Below, in pieces: positions 1-9,229 of a stretch of 61,990 nt of DNA (its first letter is position 1; every line of letters starts with the position of its first letter). The translations under genes and the position numbers were made by a program. The notes beneath the pieces were generated by a model. That model was not told the origin of the DNA. It searched no databases and saw only the letters and a program-made list of their open reading frames with translations. The stretch comes from a virus. The DNA is taken from UHGV virus genome UHGV-0106586. One strand, 5' to 3'.

Positions 1-45
1 TTTTTGAATCTCCAATTTAGGATTTAGTGGTAAAGCTCTTTATCT

Positions 46-74
46 GGGGCTTACTTTATCGAACTATAAGCCCC
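46..74. terminator. GC-rich hairpin (ggggctta / taagcccc) just beyond the 3' end of minus-strand gene 87..470
   Basis: 8-bp inverted repeat seen in sequence; no clean U-run, so weak as an intrinsic terminator. Confidence 0.3.
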
Positions 75-86
75 TTGTAAAGTACT

Positions 87-470
87 TTATTTGTTAATTT
101 TGAAGATAGTTACATAACCATCGCTGCCGATGATTTGTGATGCTCCAGCTTTTTCTACTTGATAGCCCATATTTTCAAGATGGTAAACAGCATCATCATA
201 ACCATATGCGCCGCCCTGATAACGTCTCTTATCACATCTTACTAATACCTTTCCACGTCCTGCCAGTGCATTTAGTACGGCTTTTTCACTTGAAAGTGTA
301 CCATCTAACATGGTTGCCGTGTAATGGTTGATTCTATTCCCGTTTACATCATACTTAAAATTGAATGCGTGAACAACAATCAATTTGCCGTTAAATTTTT
401 CATCAAGTGACTTCTCCAGTGCGTTGCGAAAGTTGTCTTTATTGATGAATTTAGGTGCACGATAAGCCAT
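87..470 (-). CDS. hypothetical protein (127 aa)
   Basis: ORF with ATG start preceded by AGGAGA RBS (471-483 on minus strand); no motif recognised. Confidence 0.5.
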   Translation of the reverse strand: MAYRAPKFINKDNFRNALEKSLDEKFNGKLIVVHAFNFKYDVNGNRINHYTATMLDGTLSSEKAVLNALAGRGKVLVRCDKRRYQGGAYGYDDAVYHLENMGYQVEKAGASQIIGSDGYVTIFKINK

Positions 471-535
471 TTTTGAATCTCCTAGTTTAAGGACTTTACT
501 TAGTGGGGAAGGCCATTCCCTCCCTGTTGATGCAA

Positions 536-564
536 ATATTAGATAACCCTAGCCAGAGAGTCAA
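536..564 (-). promoter_or_regulatory. sigma70-like promoter for gene 87..470 (-35 TTGACT, 17-bp spacer, -10 TAATAT, read on minus strand)
   Basis: Hexamers and spacing read directly from the reverse complement of 536-564. Confidence 0.4.
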
Positions 565-740
565 GAAAAATTTTAAAAATATTTTTGCAAAAACTGTAAT
601 GAAACGGGCGCACGCGAATACCACAAAACAGAACTATAATCAAGAATTATTTTTCAATCCGCTACAAATTTTTCTGTTGACTTTTATTTCCAGATGTGGT
701 AGCCTTGTGAGAAATGGCGACATCCCCACCTGCACCCACC

Positions 741-919
741 TACCTGCACAATTCTAAAATGATTTTTCTTGCCCGACCTGAGCGGGGTCTGCACGTTTTG
801 AAAATGAAAAAGCTCTTTGGAGATTACCTGCACAGTTTGAAAATGAATTTTCTCTTTGGAGTTCAAAATTTTCTCTACAGATTTCTCTACAGAACTCTAC
901 CTGCACAATCCTGAAATGA
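741..919. repeat. Three copies of a 22-bp direct repeat (tacctgcaca-N-aaatga) at 741-762, 825-846, 898-919, plus tandem ttctctacag at 871-892
   Basis: Repeats seen directly in the intergenic sequence. Confidence 0.6.
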
Positions 920-992
920 AAAAGCCCCCCTTACCTGAAAAATTTACCAGATAAGAAAGGCTTAGTCTATTGTGAATATTCTACAGAGTTTC

Positions 993-1778
993 TTAGTTCT
1001 TTGCGTCTAAGAAGGTAACTTCCGGTGAAGAGAAGACCGTCTCGATATCCTCATCAGTTCTTGCATAGATATATGTATCTGCATCACTGCCAAATGTTAC
1101 TGCAATTCTGTGATTGCTCTTTGACAGGTGGGTAACTAGAGCGTTACTTAGAGACATCTTCTCAACCGGAGGGTTACTTTGATGTATCTTACCTTTTCTT
1201 CGTCTGAAGAGGGTAACTGTATCATCTGTGAACATTACTACACCTGCAAAGTATTCTGGTTCACAGTAGTTATTCCAACCTGAGCGTAACTTGTGGTACA
1301 TCTCTCCTTCGTAGACATACAGATAAACATCTACACTCTTCATCACCTGATTAATGATAACTGTGACGGCTTGAGGGTCTAGTCCACCGATACCTGCGCC
1401 AATCATAGGTAACCCGACTTTCTTCAACTGATTGACTTCACAGTATCTGTTAAGCTGTTTCAAAGATGACTCTAAAGCACTGTATCGGGCATCTTTACCA
1501 GTCTTAAGCTGAGTGTAAAGGTTAGCTATACGGCCTTGTTCTAAACGTGCTACAGAGAAATTGCCTAGTAAATTTTCACAGGGTTTGTGACCTATACCAC
1601 CTGCATACAGATAGACTTCTGTATCAGTCTCATATGCTTTTGGGTAAAGTTTAGAAATCTTGTCAGCGATACCTGCACCCATTAAATTCATACAGTTGCA
1701 ACCGTGACCAATAATATCAAACTTACCTTTATCAAATGCTGAGAAGATATCCCCATTGATGATTTTTACAATACCCAT
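993..1778 (-). CDS. macro-domain (ADP-ribose binding/processing-like) protein with ~130-aa C-terminal extension of unknown function
   Basis: N-terminal IIGHGCNCMNLMGAGIA and later LPMIGAGIGG resemble macro-domain glycine-rich ADP-ribose pocket motifs; recalled by eye, not searched. Confidence 0.5.
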   Translation of the reverse strand: MGIVKIINGDIFSAFDKGKFDIIGHGCNCMNLMGAGIADKISKLYPKAYETDTEVYLYAGGIGHKPCENLLGNFSVARLEQGRIANLYTQLKTGKDARYSALESSLKQLNRYCEVNQLKKVGLPMIGAGIGGLDPQAVTVIINQVMKSVDVYLYVYEGEMYHKLRSGWNNYCEPEYFAGVVMFTDDTVTLFRRRKGKIHQSNPPVEKMSLSNALVTHLSKSNHRIAVTFGSDADTYIYARTDEDIETVFSSPEVTFLDAKN

Positions 1779-1979
1779 TTAGCATCTCTCCCAAGATTCT
1801 TTATCTTCTGAAGGTTTTACACGTTGTCCTTCGTGGTCTACCCAGATACATCCACAACCTTCACAGATTACTGGCATTGCATAACCAGCTTTAAAGTCAT
1901 CTTCAGTGATAAGACCTTTTAAGTCACCTGTATCACGTCCAAACATTTCGATAGCACAATCTTTGCAGAAATCAGCCAT
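1779..1979 (-). CDS. small Cys-rich hypothetical protein (start taken at ATG 1979; track start 2015 is a non-ATG codon)
   Basis: ORF in track; CxxC...CEGCGC pattern; start uncertain. Confidence 0.35.
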   Translation of the reverse strand: MADFCKDCAIEMFGRDTGDLKGLITEDDFKAGYAMPVICEGCGCIWVDHEGQRVKPSEDKESWERC

Positions 1980-2205
1980 GAATAATTGCCTCTTGAATGA
2001 TGATGCCTTCGCCACAGCGACTTTTGAAATCTTCTAATGGTTCAGAGATGAAGCCACGTAAACGGTCACTGAATTTACGTTTTAAACCCTTCTTATAAGT
2101 TAGCACATCTTCCCCTGCAAACGGGACGACTTCATCTCTCCCTATGAATACTGCTGAACGTACAATCTTACGGGTCTTTTTATCTCTGGCTAGTATTACT
2201 CTCAT
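1972..2205 (-). CDS. hypothetical protein (77 aa)
   Basis: ORF with ATG start, same strand as neighbours. Confidence 0.35.
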   Translation of the reverse strand: MRVILARDKKTRKIVRSAVFIGRDEVVPFAGEDVLTYKKGLKRKFSDRLRGFISEPLEDFKSRCGEGIIIQEAIIHG

Positions 2206-2506
2206 AGTTTACCTTCTCAGTTAGTTCATATAAATCAACATGCTCAATACTATCAATGTTGATACCAATCTTTTTGAAGCGTTCTATCACTTCGTTGTCA
2301 GTCATCCATATCAGACACCAATGATTGTGTATGGATTCTTCAAGAAGGTCAACACAATCTTTAAAAGTTTTTGTATCACTTCTTGTCCCGACTACTGCAA
2401 TTGTTCCATATAACCACTTACCATTGCCGTAAGTTACTTGTGCTACACCAACTTCTTTATCGTTCTCATAGTAAACGGCTACAAAGTCTCTTCCATTAAT
2501 CTGCAT
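2180..2506 (-). CDS. hypothetical protein (108 aa)
   Basis: ORF in track, tight packing with neighbours. Confidence 0.4.
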   Translation of the reverse strand: MQINGRDFVAVYYENDKEVGVAQVTYGNGKWLYGTIAVVGTRSDTKTFKDCVDLLEESIHNHWCLIWMTDNEVIERFKKIGINIDSIEHVDLYELTEKVNYESNTSQR

Positions 2507-2508
2507 AG

Positions 2509-2778
2509 TTACTTCCTCGTTTTAAGAACTGCTAAGATTTCTTTAGAGTCTGGTAAGAACCATGTGTAGTGATTCTCTTTGATTTCTGGATGAGTGTCAA
2601 CCTTTATTTTGCAATCTTTACCAACATGCTTAAGCTGTGCTGTGACACCTTGCATAAAGATATGACACATCACGTTATCCATAATGGTTGGTATGAAGTC
2701 AATTCGCATATAAGTTTCTTTTGGTCGTGGTAACAGTAAGTACCCTTCTACGTAAAAAGTATCTTCATTCTCTGTCAT
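2509..2778 (-). CDS. hypothetical protein (89 aa)
   Basis: ORF in track; stop overlaps next start. Confidence 0.4.
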   Translation of the reverse strand: MTENEDTFYVEGYLLLPRPKETYMRIDFIPTIMDNVMCHIFMQGVTAQLKHVGKDCKIKVDTHPEIKENHYTWFLPDSKEILAVLKTRK

Positions 2779-3044
2779 TGCTGTTTATTTCCTAATAAAA
2801 TCATATCAATAAGGTTATTAGCTTTGATTGTACATTGGTAGAATCCATCACGATAAAACTCAAGGGCTGCTGCCACATCACTACCAGTATTACCTTTGAC
2901 AGTGAATCTTGACTCTTCTTGAGTGTACTTGTCACCCTCACTTACTTGGGAGTTTTTGAATGTACTGTTCACTTTGTTCGTTGAACACCCTGACATAATT
3001 ATCAGTAACACAAACATTATAAAACTCTGGCTTAGTCTTTTCAT
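2775..3044 (-). CDS. putative o-spanin (outer-membrane lipoprotein, Rz1-like), out of frame and overlapping the 3' end of the i-spanin gene
   Basis: N-terminal signal with lipobox IIMSGC; ATG with GAGG RBS; overlaps 2938-3044 of the i-spanin ORF in another frame. Confidence 0.5.
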   Translation of the reverse strand: MKRLSQSFIMFVLLIIMSGCSTNKVNSTFKNSQVSEGDKYTQEESRFTVKGNTGSDVAAALEFYRDGFYQCTIKANNLIDMILLGNKQQ

Positions 3045-3285
3045 ATGTTATTACCTCTTTTGTGTGCTTATTCTTAGCAAGCACATCTTTCAAATCATTT
3101 TTGTAATTGGTGCTGAGTGTGGCTAAACCCTCCTGATAAGCATCTTTAGCAACACTTATTAGTTTCTCATTATTTAGCTCAGTTTCAGCAACTTGGTAGT
3201 CTCTGTAAGAGTATCCTCCCCAGACACCTGCTCCAACTAAGAAAACAATTATGAAAGTAGCTTGGCAGAACTCTTTAAATGTCAT
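2938..3285 (-). CDS. putative i-spanin (Rz-like: N-terminal TM helix plus coiled-coil periplasmic domain)
   Basis: Hydrophobic FIIVFLVGAGVWGG segment followed by charged helical region; AGGAGA RBS; classic overlapped Rz/Rz1 arrangement. Confidence 0.5.
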   Translation of the reverse strand: MTFKEFCQATFIIVFLVGAGVWGGYSYRDYQVAETELNNEKLISVAKDAYQEGLATLSTNYKNDLKDVLAKNKHTKEVITYEKTKPEFYNVCVTDNYVRVFNEQSEQYIQKLPSK

Positions 3286-3304
3286 TTAACAATCTCCTGA
3301 AATG

Positions 3305-3330
3305 AAAAAGGCTCCCGAAGGAGCCTGTAT
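3305..3330 (-). terminator. rho-independent terminator (ggctcc-cgaa-ggagcc hairpin followed by U-run on minus strand)
   Basis: Perfect 6-bp stem with tetraloop at 3310-3325, A-run on plus strand at 3305-3309. Confidence 0.55.
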
Positions 3331-3337
3331 CTTAACC

Positions 3338-3802
3338 TTAACTGAGGACTTTAGCAAGGATATTCGCAGCCATCGAAGAAGCTTTTGCAGCAGCAACTAC
3401 GCCAGCTTTGACAGTGCCATCCTTAATAGCAGATACCGTTGCAGCATCAGTAAAGAGGTAAGTGATTGTTTTAGAACCACTTGTAAAGGAAAGCATAAGA
3501 GTAGTTTCCAGATTGAAAGAGCGATACGGAGCACCTTCTTTAACGATACCTTCAGCACCTAACTCTGAAGCCTTACCCATATCATAAATAGTCATCAGGT
3601 TTTCTTTGTGTGCAGTCGTTGAACCAGCACCTTTTACGTGCTTTTTAACATTCAACAATGCACGATATTCACGAATGCTGCCATCAGCTTTTACATTAAC
3701 AGCACGAAAAATTTTACCTTCAAAGTTACCTTGAATCAATTTACGAACTACTACAGATTTGTTTGTCGTATCGTCCAGTGCTACCGTAATGATATTGTTC
3801 AT
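3338..3802 (-). CDS. hypothetical protein (154 aa)
   Basis: ORF in track; no motif recognised. Confidence 0.45.
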   Translation of the reverse strand: MNNIITVALDDTTNKSVVVRKLIQGNFEGKIFRAVNVKADGSIREYRALLNVKKHVKGAGSTTAHKENLMTIYDMGKASELGAEGIVKEGAPYRSFNLETTLMLSFTSGSKTITYLFTDAATVSAIKDGTVKAGVVAAAKASSMAANILAKVLS

Positions 3803-3812
3803 AAGTTTTCTC

Positions 3813-4508
3813 TCAATGTTTAACTAACATGGTTTTAATGTGTGGAAGGATTCTATTTACCTTCTGAACATTCTTCTCTGTATCTTCTATAAAGCATACT
3901 ATATTAAAGTAAGGAAGAATGCAAGACTGAATCATCCTAACTTTTAAACTTTCTGCACTTATAGAGTTAGTTCCAAAACCACGCATAAAAAGCAAGTAAC
4001 CATGCTCTATATTGTGCCTTAAAAACATCTCAGTAGGTATTCTCTGAGATTCACCTCTTGCTGTCAAGAGTCCAACTGCTGCATGATTTGCAATTGCATC
4101 AATAATGTTGAAAACATATGTTGGCTTTGCTCTTACAGAATCAAGAAGATTAGTGTACTGTGAGAATGACCCATCAGTCAATTCCGTTGAACAATCTTCG
4201 TGATTAAAATTTGTGAGAACCCCATCAATATCTGCTAAGATGAGATTCCCTTTTTCTACAAGGTCTTTATTGACTATGACTAAGCTATCACGACTTACGC
4301 CTATAGATTGTCCAGTCTCTTTGTCCACAACGTTCACAATTGGTTCTGATGTGTGGAACTCTTCAAGTGAACATACAACTTCTCTTGCAGTGTCTTCAAA
4401 ATCCCTGCACTGTTCTGGAGTCCATACACAGGAATCAAGACCTAACTCATGAGGATGCGAGTCATAAGCATGGCACAGTACTTCATCAGACTTTCTTAAT
4501 TTTTTCAT
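3813..4508 (-). CDS. HAD-superfamily phosphatase, possible 5'(3')-deoxyribonucleotidase
   Basis: LILADIDGVLTNF matches HAD motif I (DxDGx); phage nucleotidase context. Confidence 0.5.
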   Translation of the reverse strand: MKKLRKSDEVLCHAYDSHPHELGLDSCVWTPEQCRDFEDTAREVVCSLEEFHTSEPIVNVVDKETGQSIGVSRDSLVIVNKDLVEKGNLILADIDGVLTNFNHEDCSTELTDGSFSQYTNLLDSVRAKPTYVFNIIDAIANHAAVGLLTARGESQRIPTEMFLRHNIEHGYLLFMRGFGTNSISAESLKVRMIQSCILPYFNIVCFIEDTEKNVQKVNRILPHIKTMLVKH

Positions 4509-5034
4509 GATTTACCTTAGAAATGTTTGTTGCAAATTCACATTGAGCGATAACTTTCATATTGTTATAGACATCTTGAGAGTATTTCTTAGCTTTAGGG
4601 ATTTTGTACGAATACCCAGCATTATATGATGCTAAAACTTTTTGTAAAGTCTTCTTTGATTTTGGCTGACCATGTACCTTTGTCCAAAACTCAAGCTCTT
4701 TATGTGTTTCTTTTGCGGCATAATCAAAATCCTTTAAGAGTTTCTTTTTAGCCACATTAGGACTGATTTTGTTACGCTTTACAACAGTCTTCAAGTGATT
4801 CTGGAAAATACCATAGTCATGGGTCTTTTTATTCTCTACCTTCAGACCTAACTCTGACTCTTGTAAGGCTATAGCTGCTAGAGTGATACCCCAACCTTTG
4901 CCCATATTATCCTCACCATACTGGTAAGCTTTTAACATGTTTACTTTTTGGCTAATTGATAGCTCTGGGCAGTCAACTGCATAAGATAAGTGTGCTGTAA
5001 ACATTAAGCACAAACCTAGAATCAACTTCTTCAT
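4486..5034 (-). CDS. secreted lytic transglycosylase-like protein (SLT family) with N-terminal signal peptide
   Basis: Signal MKKLILGLCLMFTAHLSYA; ALQESELG...YGIFQ and YNAG motifs resemble the SLT catalytic region. Confidence 0.5.
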   Translation of the reverse strand: MKKLILGLCLMFTAHLSYAVDCPELSISQKVNMLKAYQYGEDNMGKGWGITLAAIALQESELGLKVENKKTHDYGIFQNHLKTVVKRNKISPNVAKKKLLKDFDYAAKETHKELEFWTKVHGQPKSKKTLQKVLASYNAGYSYKIPKAKKYSQDVYNNMKVIAQCEFATNISKVNHEKIKKV

Positions 5035-5097
5035 TGGTTCTCCTGTTTAGTTTATCGTGACAACAATTATACAGCACTCTGCACAAAATACAAATAA

Positions 5098-5122
5098 AAA
5101 AGGCCGCCGAAGCAGCCTTTTA
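5098..5122 (-). terminator. hairpin terminator downstream of rIIB
   Basis: aggccgc-cgaa-gcagcct stem-loop with flanking A/T runs. Confidence 0.45.
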
Positions 5123-5134
5123 AGAAATTACTTA

Positions 5135-6244
5135 TTAGATTTCACGTTTACGCTGAGAGATGAGTTCCCCAGCAGTGCCAACGATGACATGCAAAGCTTC
5201 AGTCTTGCCATCCCATGCTTTCAGCACTTTACGTTGATTGTCAACGATTGCTGCAACTTCATAACGTGATGAACGCATCTTCATATCGTTGTAATCAGTT
5301 GGAACAGATACAACATCTCGTGGATGGACACGAACCTTCAGAATTGTATCACCTGAGAAGCAACGAACATAATCCCAAGCACCAACGTGAAGACCTTGAG
5401 AGCAAGTCACGTTACGGTTATTATCAACCATCCAACGTGGCATTTCTACAATGTTACCCAAATCATTAGGTACTCTGTAGGTACGGGAATCAACTAGCTT
5501 GCCTTCATGAGTAGAGACTTTCTTCCATCCAATGATGTAACCTTCTTCATCAATTTCAACATCAAGGTGTGATACGAATCCCCAAAGTTGTTCTACAGAG
5601 TCTTTAGATGGGTTTTCCATCAGTTTTTCGAAGAACATTACAAGTCGTTCAAAACCTTTATCACCAGTCTTCATCATGTGAAGAATACGGTCAACCAGAG
5701 TAGAACGCATCTCAACAGCACCGTAGAATAACTTGTCACCTTTGATTGTGATAGCACCCTGAGTGAAGTTTTCGATAGACTTACGAATATTCATCAGTTC
5801 AAAGGCTTTCTTAAACTCACCTTTCACAACATGAACTACAATCTCTTGATAGTTCGGATGAGTAGACTCAACAATTTCAGATTCTGAACCGTAAGTCATA
5901 ATTACAGAGTCGCCAGTAATCATGTACTCAATCTTGTCATCTTTCTGCATAGCTTCATGCAGTTTATTTACCGGAGCTTTCTGTACAGACTCTTTAACGA
6001 CCTTTTCAACTGGTTTGTCAGCTTTCTTTTTAAAGGTCTTAGCAACTTGCTTCAAAGTCTTCTTAGCTGGTGTAGAAGTCGCCTTCTTATTTCCTTTTAA
6101 GGTTGCTTCATGACGCTCTACAGCACGACCAACTGAACGGGTTGAAGTATTAAATTTCTGTGCAATAGCTGTTTTAGTCAGCTTGCCCTCTTTAACCAGT
6201 TTGTAAATTTCTGCGTCAATCTGTGCTTTAGTTTTAGTAGTCAT
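5135..6244 (-). CDS. rIIB: rIIB-like protein
   Basis: C-terminal region ...VHPRDVVSVPTDYNDMKMRSSRYEV and GAITIKGDKLFYGAVEMRSTLVDRIL align with T4 rIIB as recalled. Confidence 0.8.
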   Translation of the reverse strand: MTTKTKAQIDAEIYKLVKEGKLTKTAIAQKFNTSTRSVGRAVERHEATLKGNKKATSTPAKKTLKQVAKTFKKKADKPVEKVVKESVQKAPVNKLHEAMQKDDKIEYMITGDSVIMTYGSESEIVESTHPNYQEIVVHVVKGEFKKAFELMNIRKSIENFTQGAITIKGDKLFYGAVEMRSTLVDRILHMMKTGDKGFERLVMFFEKLMENPSKDSVEQLWGFVSHLDVEIDEEGYIIGWKKVSTHEGKLVDSRTYRVPNDLGNIVEMPRWMVDNNRNVTCSQGLHVGAWDYVRCFSGDTILKVRVHPRDVVSVPTDYNDMKMRSSRYEVAAIVDNQRKVLKAWDGKTEALHVIVGTAGELISQRKREI

Positions 6245-6292
6245 CTTATTACTCTCTCTTGTTAGTTAATAAATCATTTTGTGAGTCTATTC

Positions 6293-6313
6293 TAAGGGGC
6301 TTCAAAGCCCCTT
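6293..6313 (-). terminator. small hairpin between rIIA and rIIB
   Basis: agggg-loop-cccct seen in sequence. Confidence 0.3.
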
Positions 6314-6323
6314 GTCAAACACT

Positions 6324-8690
6324 TTAATCGTAAATTGTAGTCCCTTCTGGAACACACTTCACATCAAAGCCCAAGAACTTACTCACTTCGATGGGTGACA
6401 CTTTATTCCAATCTAAATGAGAAAGCAAGAAGTTTTCTTGTTTTCTTTTTGAGAAGTAGTTTGTCACCTTAATAAACATACGGTCACCAGCTTTCTTAAT
6501 TTTCTTGTAAAGCTTTGTATCCTTACCAAGACACCTTTTCAAATCTTGCAATACACTAATAGTGTAAGTGTATGCAAATTGTGCAGCAACGTATTGGATT
6601 TTACCGAACATTGCCTCAACAGCATCTTCATTACCTTCTAGGAAGATAGTTTTGTTTGTGTCCCGTGAATAGCAATAACCATCAGAAATCTTCCTGTTAT
6701 TGAACGTAAAGTTTCTGGTAATAATCCAACAGCTTGTAAGGTTAAGGACACCACGCATACAGATGCGTGTCATATACCTGTTATGATTAATCCAATGAAC
6801 ATCAGTTAAGCTGTCGTTCAAGAGCTTCTCATCTACTTCAATCCAGTCTTCTGGTATCTTTTTCCAATTTGCTTTTCGGAAAACATAGACTGTCTTCCCT
6901 ATAACATTAGCAACTGACTTAGCTACATCTTCTGGAGATGAGCAAAAACATTTGCCATCAACTGTGTCACCAACTGCCTTAATGTAAAGCTGAGGTTCTT
7001 CAATTGTGTCTAAGTCTTCTGATACCTCTTTGTAGGAGGCTACACCTTCTGCTGGAACAGCTTTCCAGAGTTTTACAACACCTCTTACAGCTTCTTTACG
7101 CTGATAGTGATGTTCCTTATCAGACATCTTCACAATCTTTAACAAGCTTTTATCAAGTTTGTGTAGGTTGATTAAGTCATCTAGCTCTTTTTCAGTCGAG
7201 AATACAAACACAATACCATTATATCTGTGAAACAGACTTGACTCGTTGGCGTAGTCTCGACATGCACCACGCAAGATTTGATTGCGTCCTACAGTCTTTT
7301 CAGTTCCATTTTTATTGCGACGGTCATTAATCACGAACAAAAACTGTTCAATTTGGCTTTTACGCATTGCACCAAAGATATTGAACATACTTGCCTCTTG
7401 AGTGTAGGAAAGTGCTGTTGCACGAATCTTACTCTCTAAAGAGTTGAACTTGACATAAGCAACTGGATTATAAAGATAATCCACTTTAGGGATATTGTTC
7501 CCGTTCCTATCAACCTTGATATTACCTTTACCGTCACGTTCATAAATGACTGAGCCGTCTTCTGCGTAGATAATCCCACGACGGATGTTTAGTAATTCTA
7601 CTTCCAGAGAATCAAGCTTAACGCCTCCCCACTCTAGCTTTGGACACACAACATTAAACATCTCTCGTGAGTTCAAACGTAACTCAGCATAAGCCTGTGC
7701 AGCATCCATGAGTGTAGGTTGACTATTAACTTTCTTGATAACATCCTTTGTAATTGCTTCAGTTATCTTTTTAGTAGCCTCAATGATAACATTTTTTGTC
7801 GTGTCATTCATCTGCAATGCTTCACGAGAAGCTGCAATAGCAACTGAACCAATAGGCATGTAGATGTTTACAAGGTCTACGCTCCTACGGAAAAACTCTG
7901 GCAAGACTTTGAAGAAATCATCACCAAGTAATGCTTCCATGTTAACTGGATAGGCGATATTACCCATCACCACATTAAACTCTGTCCTGTTACCACTAGA
8001 ACGCCAGCTTTGCTTATGAATCATGGCATCATAAACACCCTCTTCACGGGCAATGACGTTCATATCTGCTAATACATCGTCATACTCGATATTACTTTCT
8101 GGTTTTACAGCAAAGTATGAATATACATTACCAGCCTCTTCAAAGAACTTTGAGATACGATGGTCAGCAACTGCTACACGTACAGCTAAACCATTAGGTT
8201 CTTTTGTTGGGTTAGTGGTTAGCTTAGTTACTTGAGGGATACCATTCTCAAGATAAACAGAGTACTTATTAACAACACCGTCAACATAGCTAGACACTGT
8301 GAATGACTGAGCAATTGCAAATGGTGATTTTGAGCCGATACCCATTGCACCAATGTAGTCATTAGAGTCATTCTTCGTAGAAGCCCCATAGTTTAGGTAC
8401 AAACTCATAACTTTATCATGAGTTAATCCAGTTCCAAAATCACGAACTTCAAAGTAAGGCTCAAAACGAGTAGGTAAATGCACATGGAACGGGATGTTCT
8501 CTTTTCCAGCCTCTTTCTGAGCATCTACTGCGTTACATGACAGTTCACGAATCACTGCCCTTTCTTTAAAGGTATATACACCAGAACTCAAAAGGCTGAA
8601 CATTTCAGGTGTCATTGTAATCTGTGCTTGAGACGTCTCTAAAGAAGTTGAACTCTTAATCACTTCTGCGTGGTCGTTTACCATGCGCAT
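6324..8690 (-). CDS. rIIA: rIIA-like protein (GHKL ATPase-like N-terminus)
   Basis: KERAVIRELSCNAVDAQ, RDFGTGL and NDYIGAMGIGSKSPF match T4 rIIA N-terminal motifs as recalled. Confidence 0.85.
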   Translation of the reverse strand: MRMVNDHAEVIKSSTSLETSQAQITMTPEMFSLLSSGVYTFKERAVIRELSCNAVDAQKEAGKENIPFHVHLPTRFEPYFEVRDFGTGLTHDKVMSLYLNYGASTKNDSNDYIGAMGIGSKSPFAIAQSFTVSSYVDGVVNKYSVYLENGIPQVTKLTTNPTKEPNGLAVRVAVADHRISKFFEEAGNVYSYFAVKPESNIEYDDVLADMNVIAREEGVYDAMIHKQSWRSSGNRTEFNVVMGNIAYPVNMEALLGDDFFKVLPEFFRRSVDLVNIYMPIGSVAIAASREALQMNDTTKNVIIEATKKITEAITKDVIKKVNSQPTLMDAAQAYAELRLNSREMFNVVCPKLEWGGVKLDSLEVELLNIRRGIIYAEDGSVIYERDGKGNIKVDRNGNNIPKVDYLYNPVAYVKFNSLESKIRATALSYTQEASMFNIFGAMRKSQIEQFLFVINDRRNKNGTEKTVGRNQILRGACRDYANESSLFHRYNGIVFVFSTEKELDDLINLHKLDKSLLKIVKMSDKEHHYQRKEAVRGVVKLWKAVPAEGVASYKEVSEDLDTIEEPQLYIKAVGDTVDGKCFCSSPEDVAKSVANVIGKTVYVFRKANWKKIPEDWIEVDEKLLNDSLTDVHWINHNRYMTRICMRGVLNLTSCWIITRNFTFNNRKISDGYCYSRDTNKTIFLEGNEDAVEAMFGKIQYVAAQFAYTYTISVLQDLKRCLGKDTKLYKKIKKAGDRMFIKVTNYFSKRKQENFLLSHLDWNKVSPIEVSKFLGFDVKCVPEGTTIYD

Positions 8691-8718
8691 AATACTTTCC
8701 TCTTAGTTTACTGTTAAA

Positions 8719-8895
8719 TTACTTATTAAACATTTTACCAGAACCACCACACATAGGGCAACAACCTGCTCTTGTATAGCCTTCTCCATTACAGTAGTCA
8801 CATTTTTTGTGTTCTGCAAAGTACTTACAAAGAAGATAAACAAGGACTGCTACACTACCAAGTGACAGCAAAATTTCTATCCAATATGCTTGCAT
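8719..8895 (-). CDS. small TM plus Cys-rich (CxxC...CxxC) protein, 58 aa, below the ORF-track length cutoff
   Basis: Translated by hand: MQAYWIEILLSLGSVAVLVYLLCKYFAEHKKCDYCNGEGYTRAGCCPMCGGSGKMFNK. Confidence 0.25.
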   Translation of the reverse strand: MQAYWIEILLSLGSVAVLVYLLCKYFAEHKKCDYCNGEGYTRAGCCPMCGGSGKMFNK

Positions 8896-9212
8896 GACTC
8901 ACCTCTCATATTCTTGTAAAGGATAAAGCTTCTGTCATGGACGATACTTGTAGATACTGCAAAGTTACTTTCAAGCATCTGTTTGTTTGGATTGTAGAAG
9001 CTTTCTTTAAACTCGTCAAGTGCAAATTGGTGATTGTCTGGAAGACCTTTTACACAGACCTTTATTGTGATTGCTGCTGCAATCTTACCAGTCAGTTCTT
9101 CTTTAGCTGCTACTAAAATTTTGTTAAGGAACTTACGACCATTTTCAGGTTTCTTGATGTTCTCCCAACGTTCTTCTAAGACGATGTTGATGTTCATCTC
9201 TTTGATTTTCAT
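8877..9212 (-). CDS. hypothetical protein (111 aa)
   Basis: ORF in track. Confidence 0.4.
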   Translation of the reverse strand: MKIKEMNINIVLEERWENIKKPENGRKFLNKILVAAKEELTGKIAAAITIKVCVKGLPDNHQFALDEFKESFYNPNKQMLESNFAVSTSIVHDRSFILYKNMRGESCKHIG

Positions 9213-9229
9213 AATCTTCTCCAGAAATT

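Noticed and set aside
137-331. Antisense or nested ORFs inside well-supported genes (e.g. 137-331, 9362-9889, 25679-25912, 31719-32183, 32220-32642, 42635-42853, 44550-45092, 61101-61475)
   Set aside because: They lie opposite or within strongly supported conserved genes, have no RBS context and low-complexity composition; treated as spurious six-frame artefacts.
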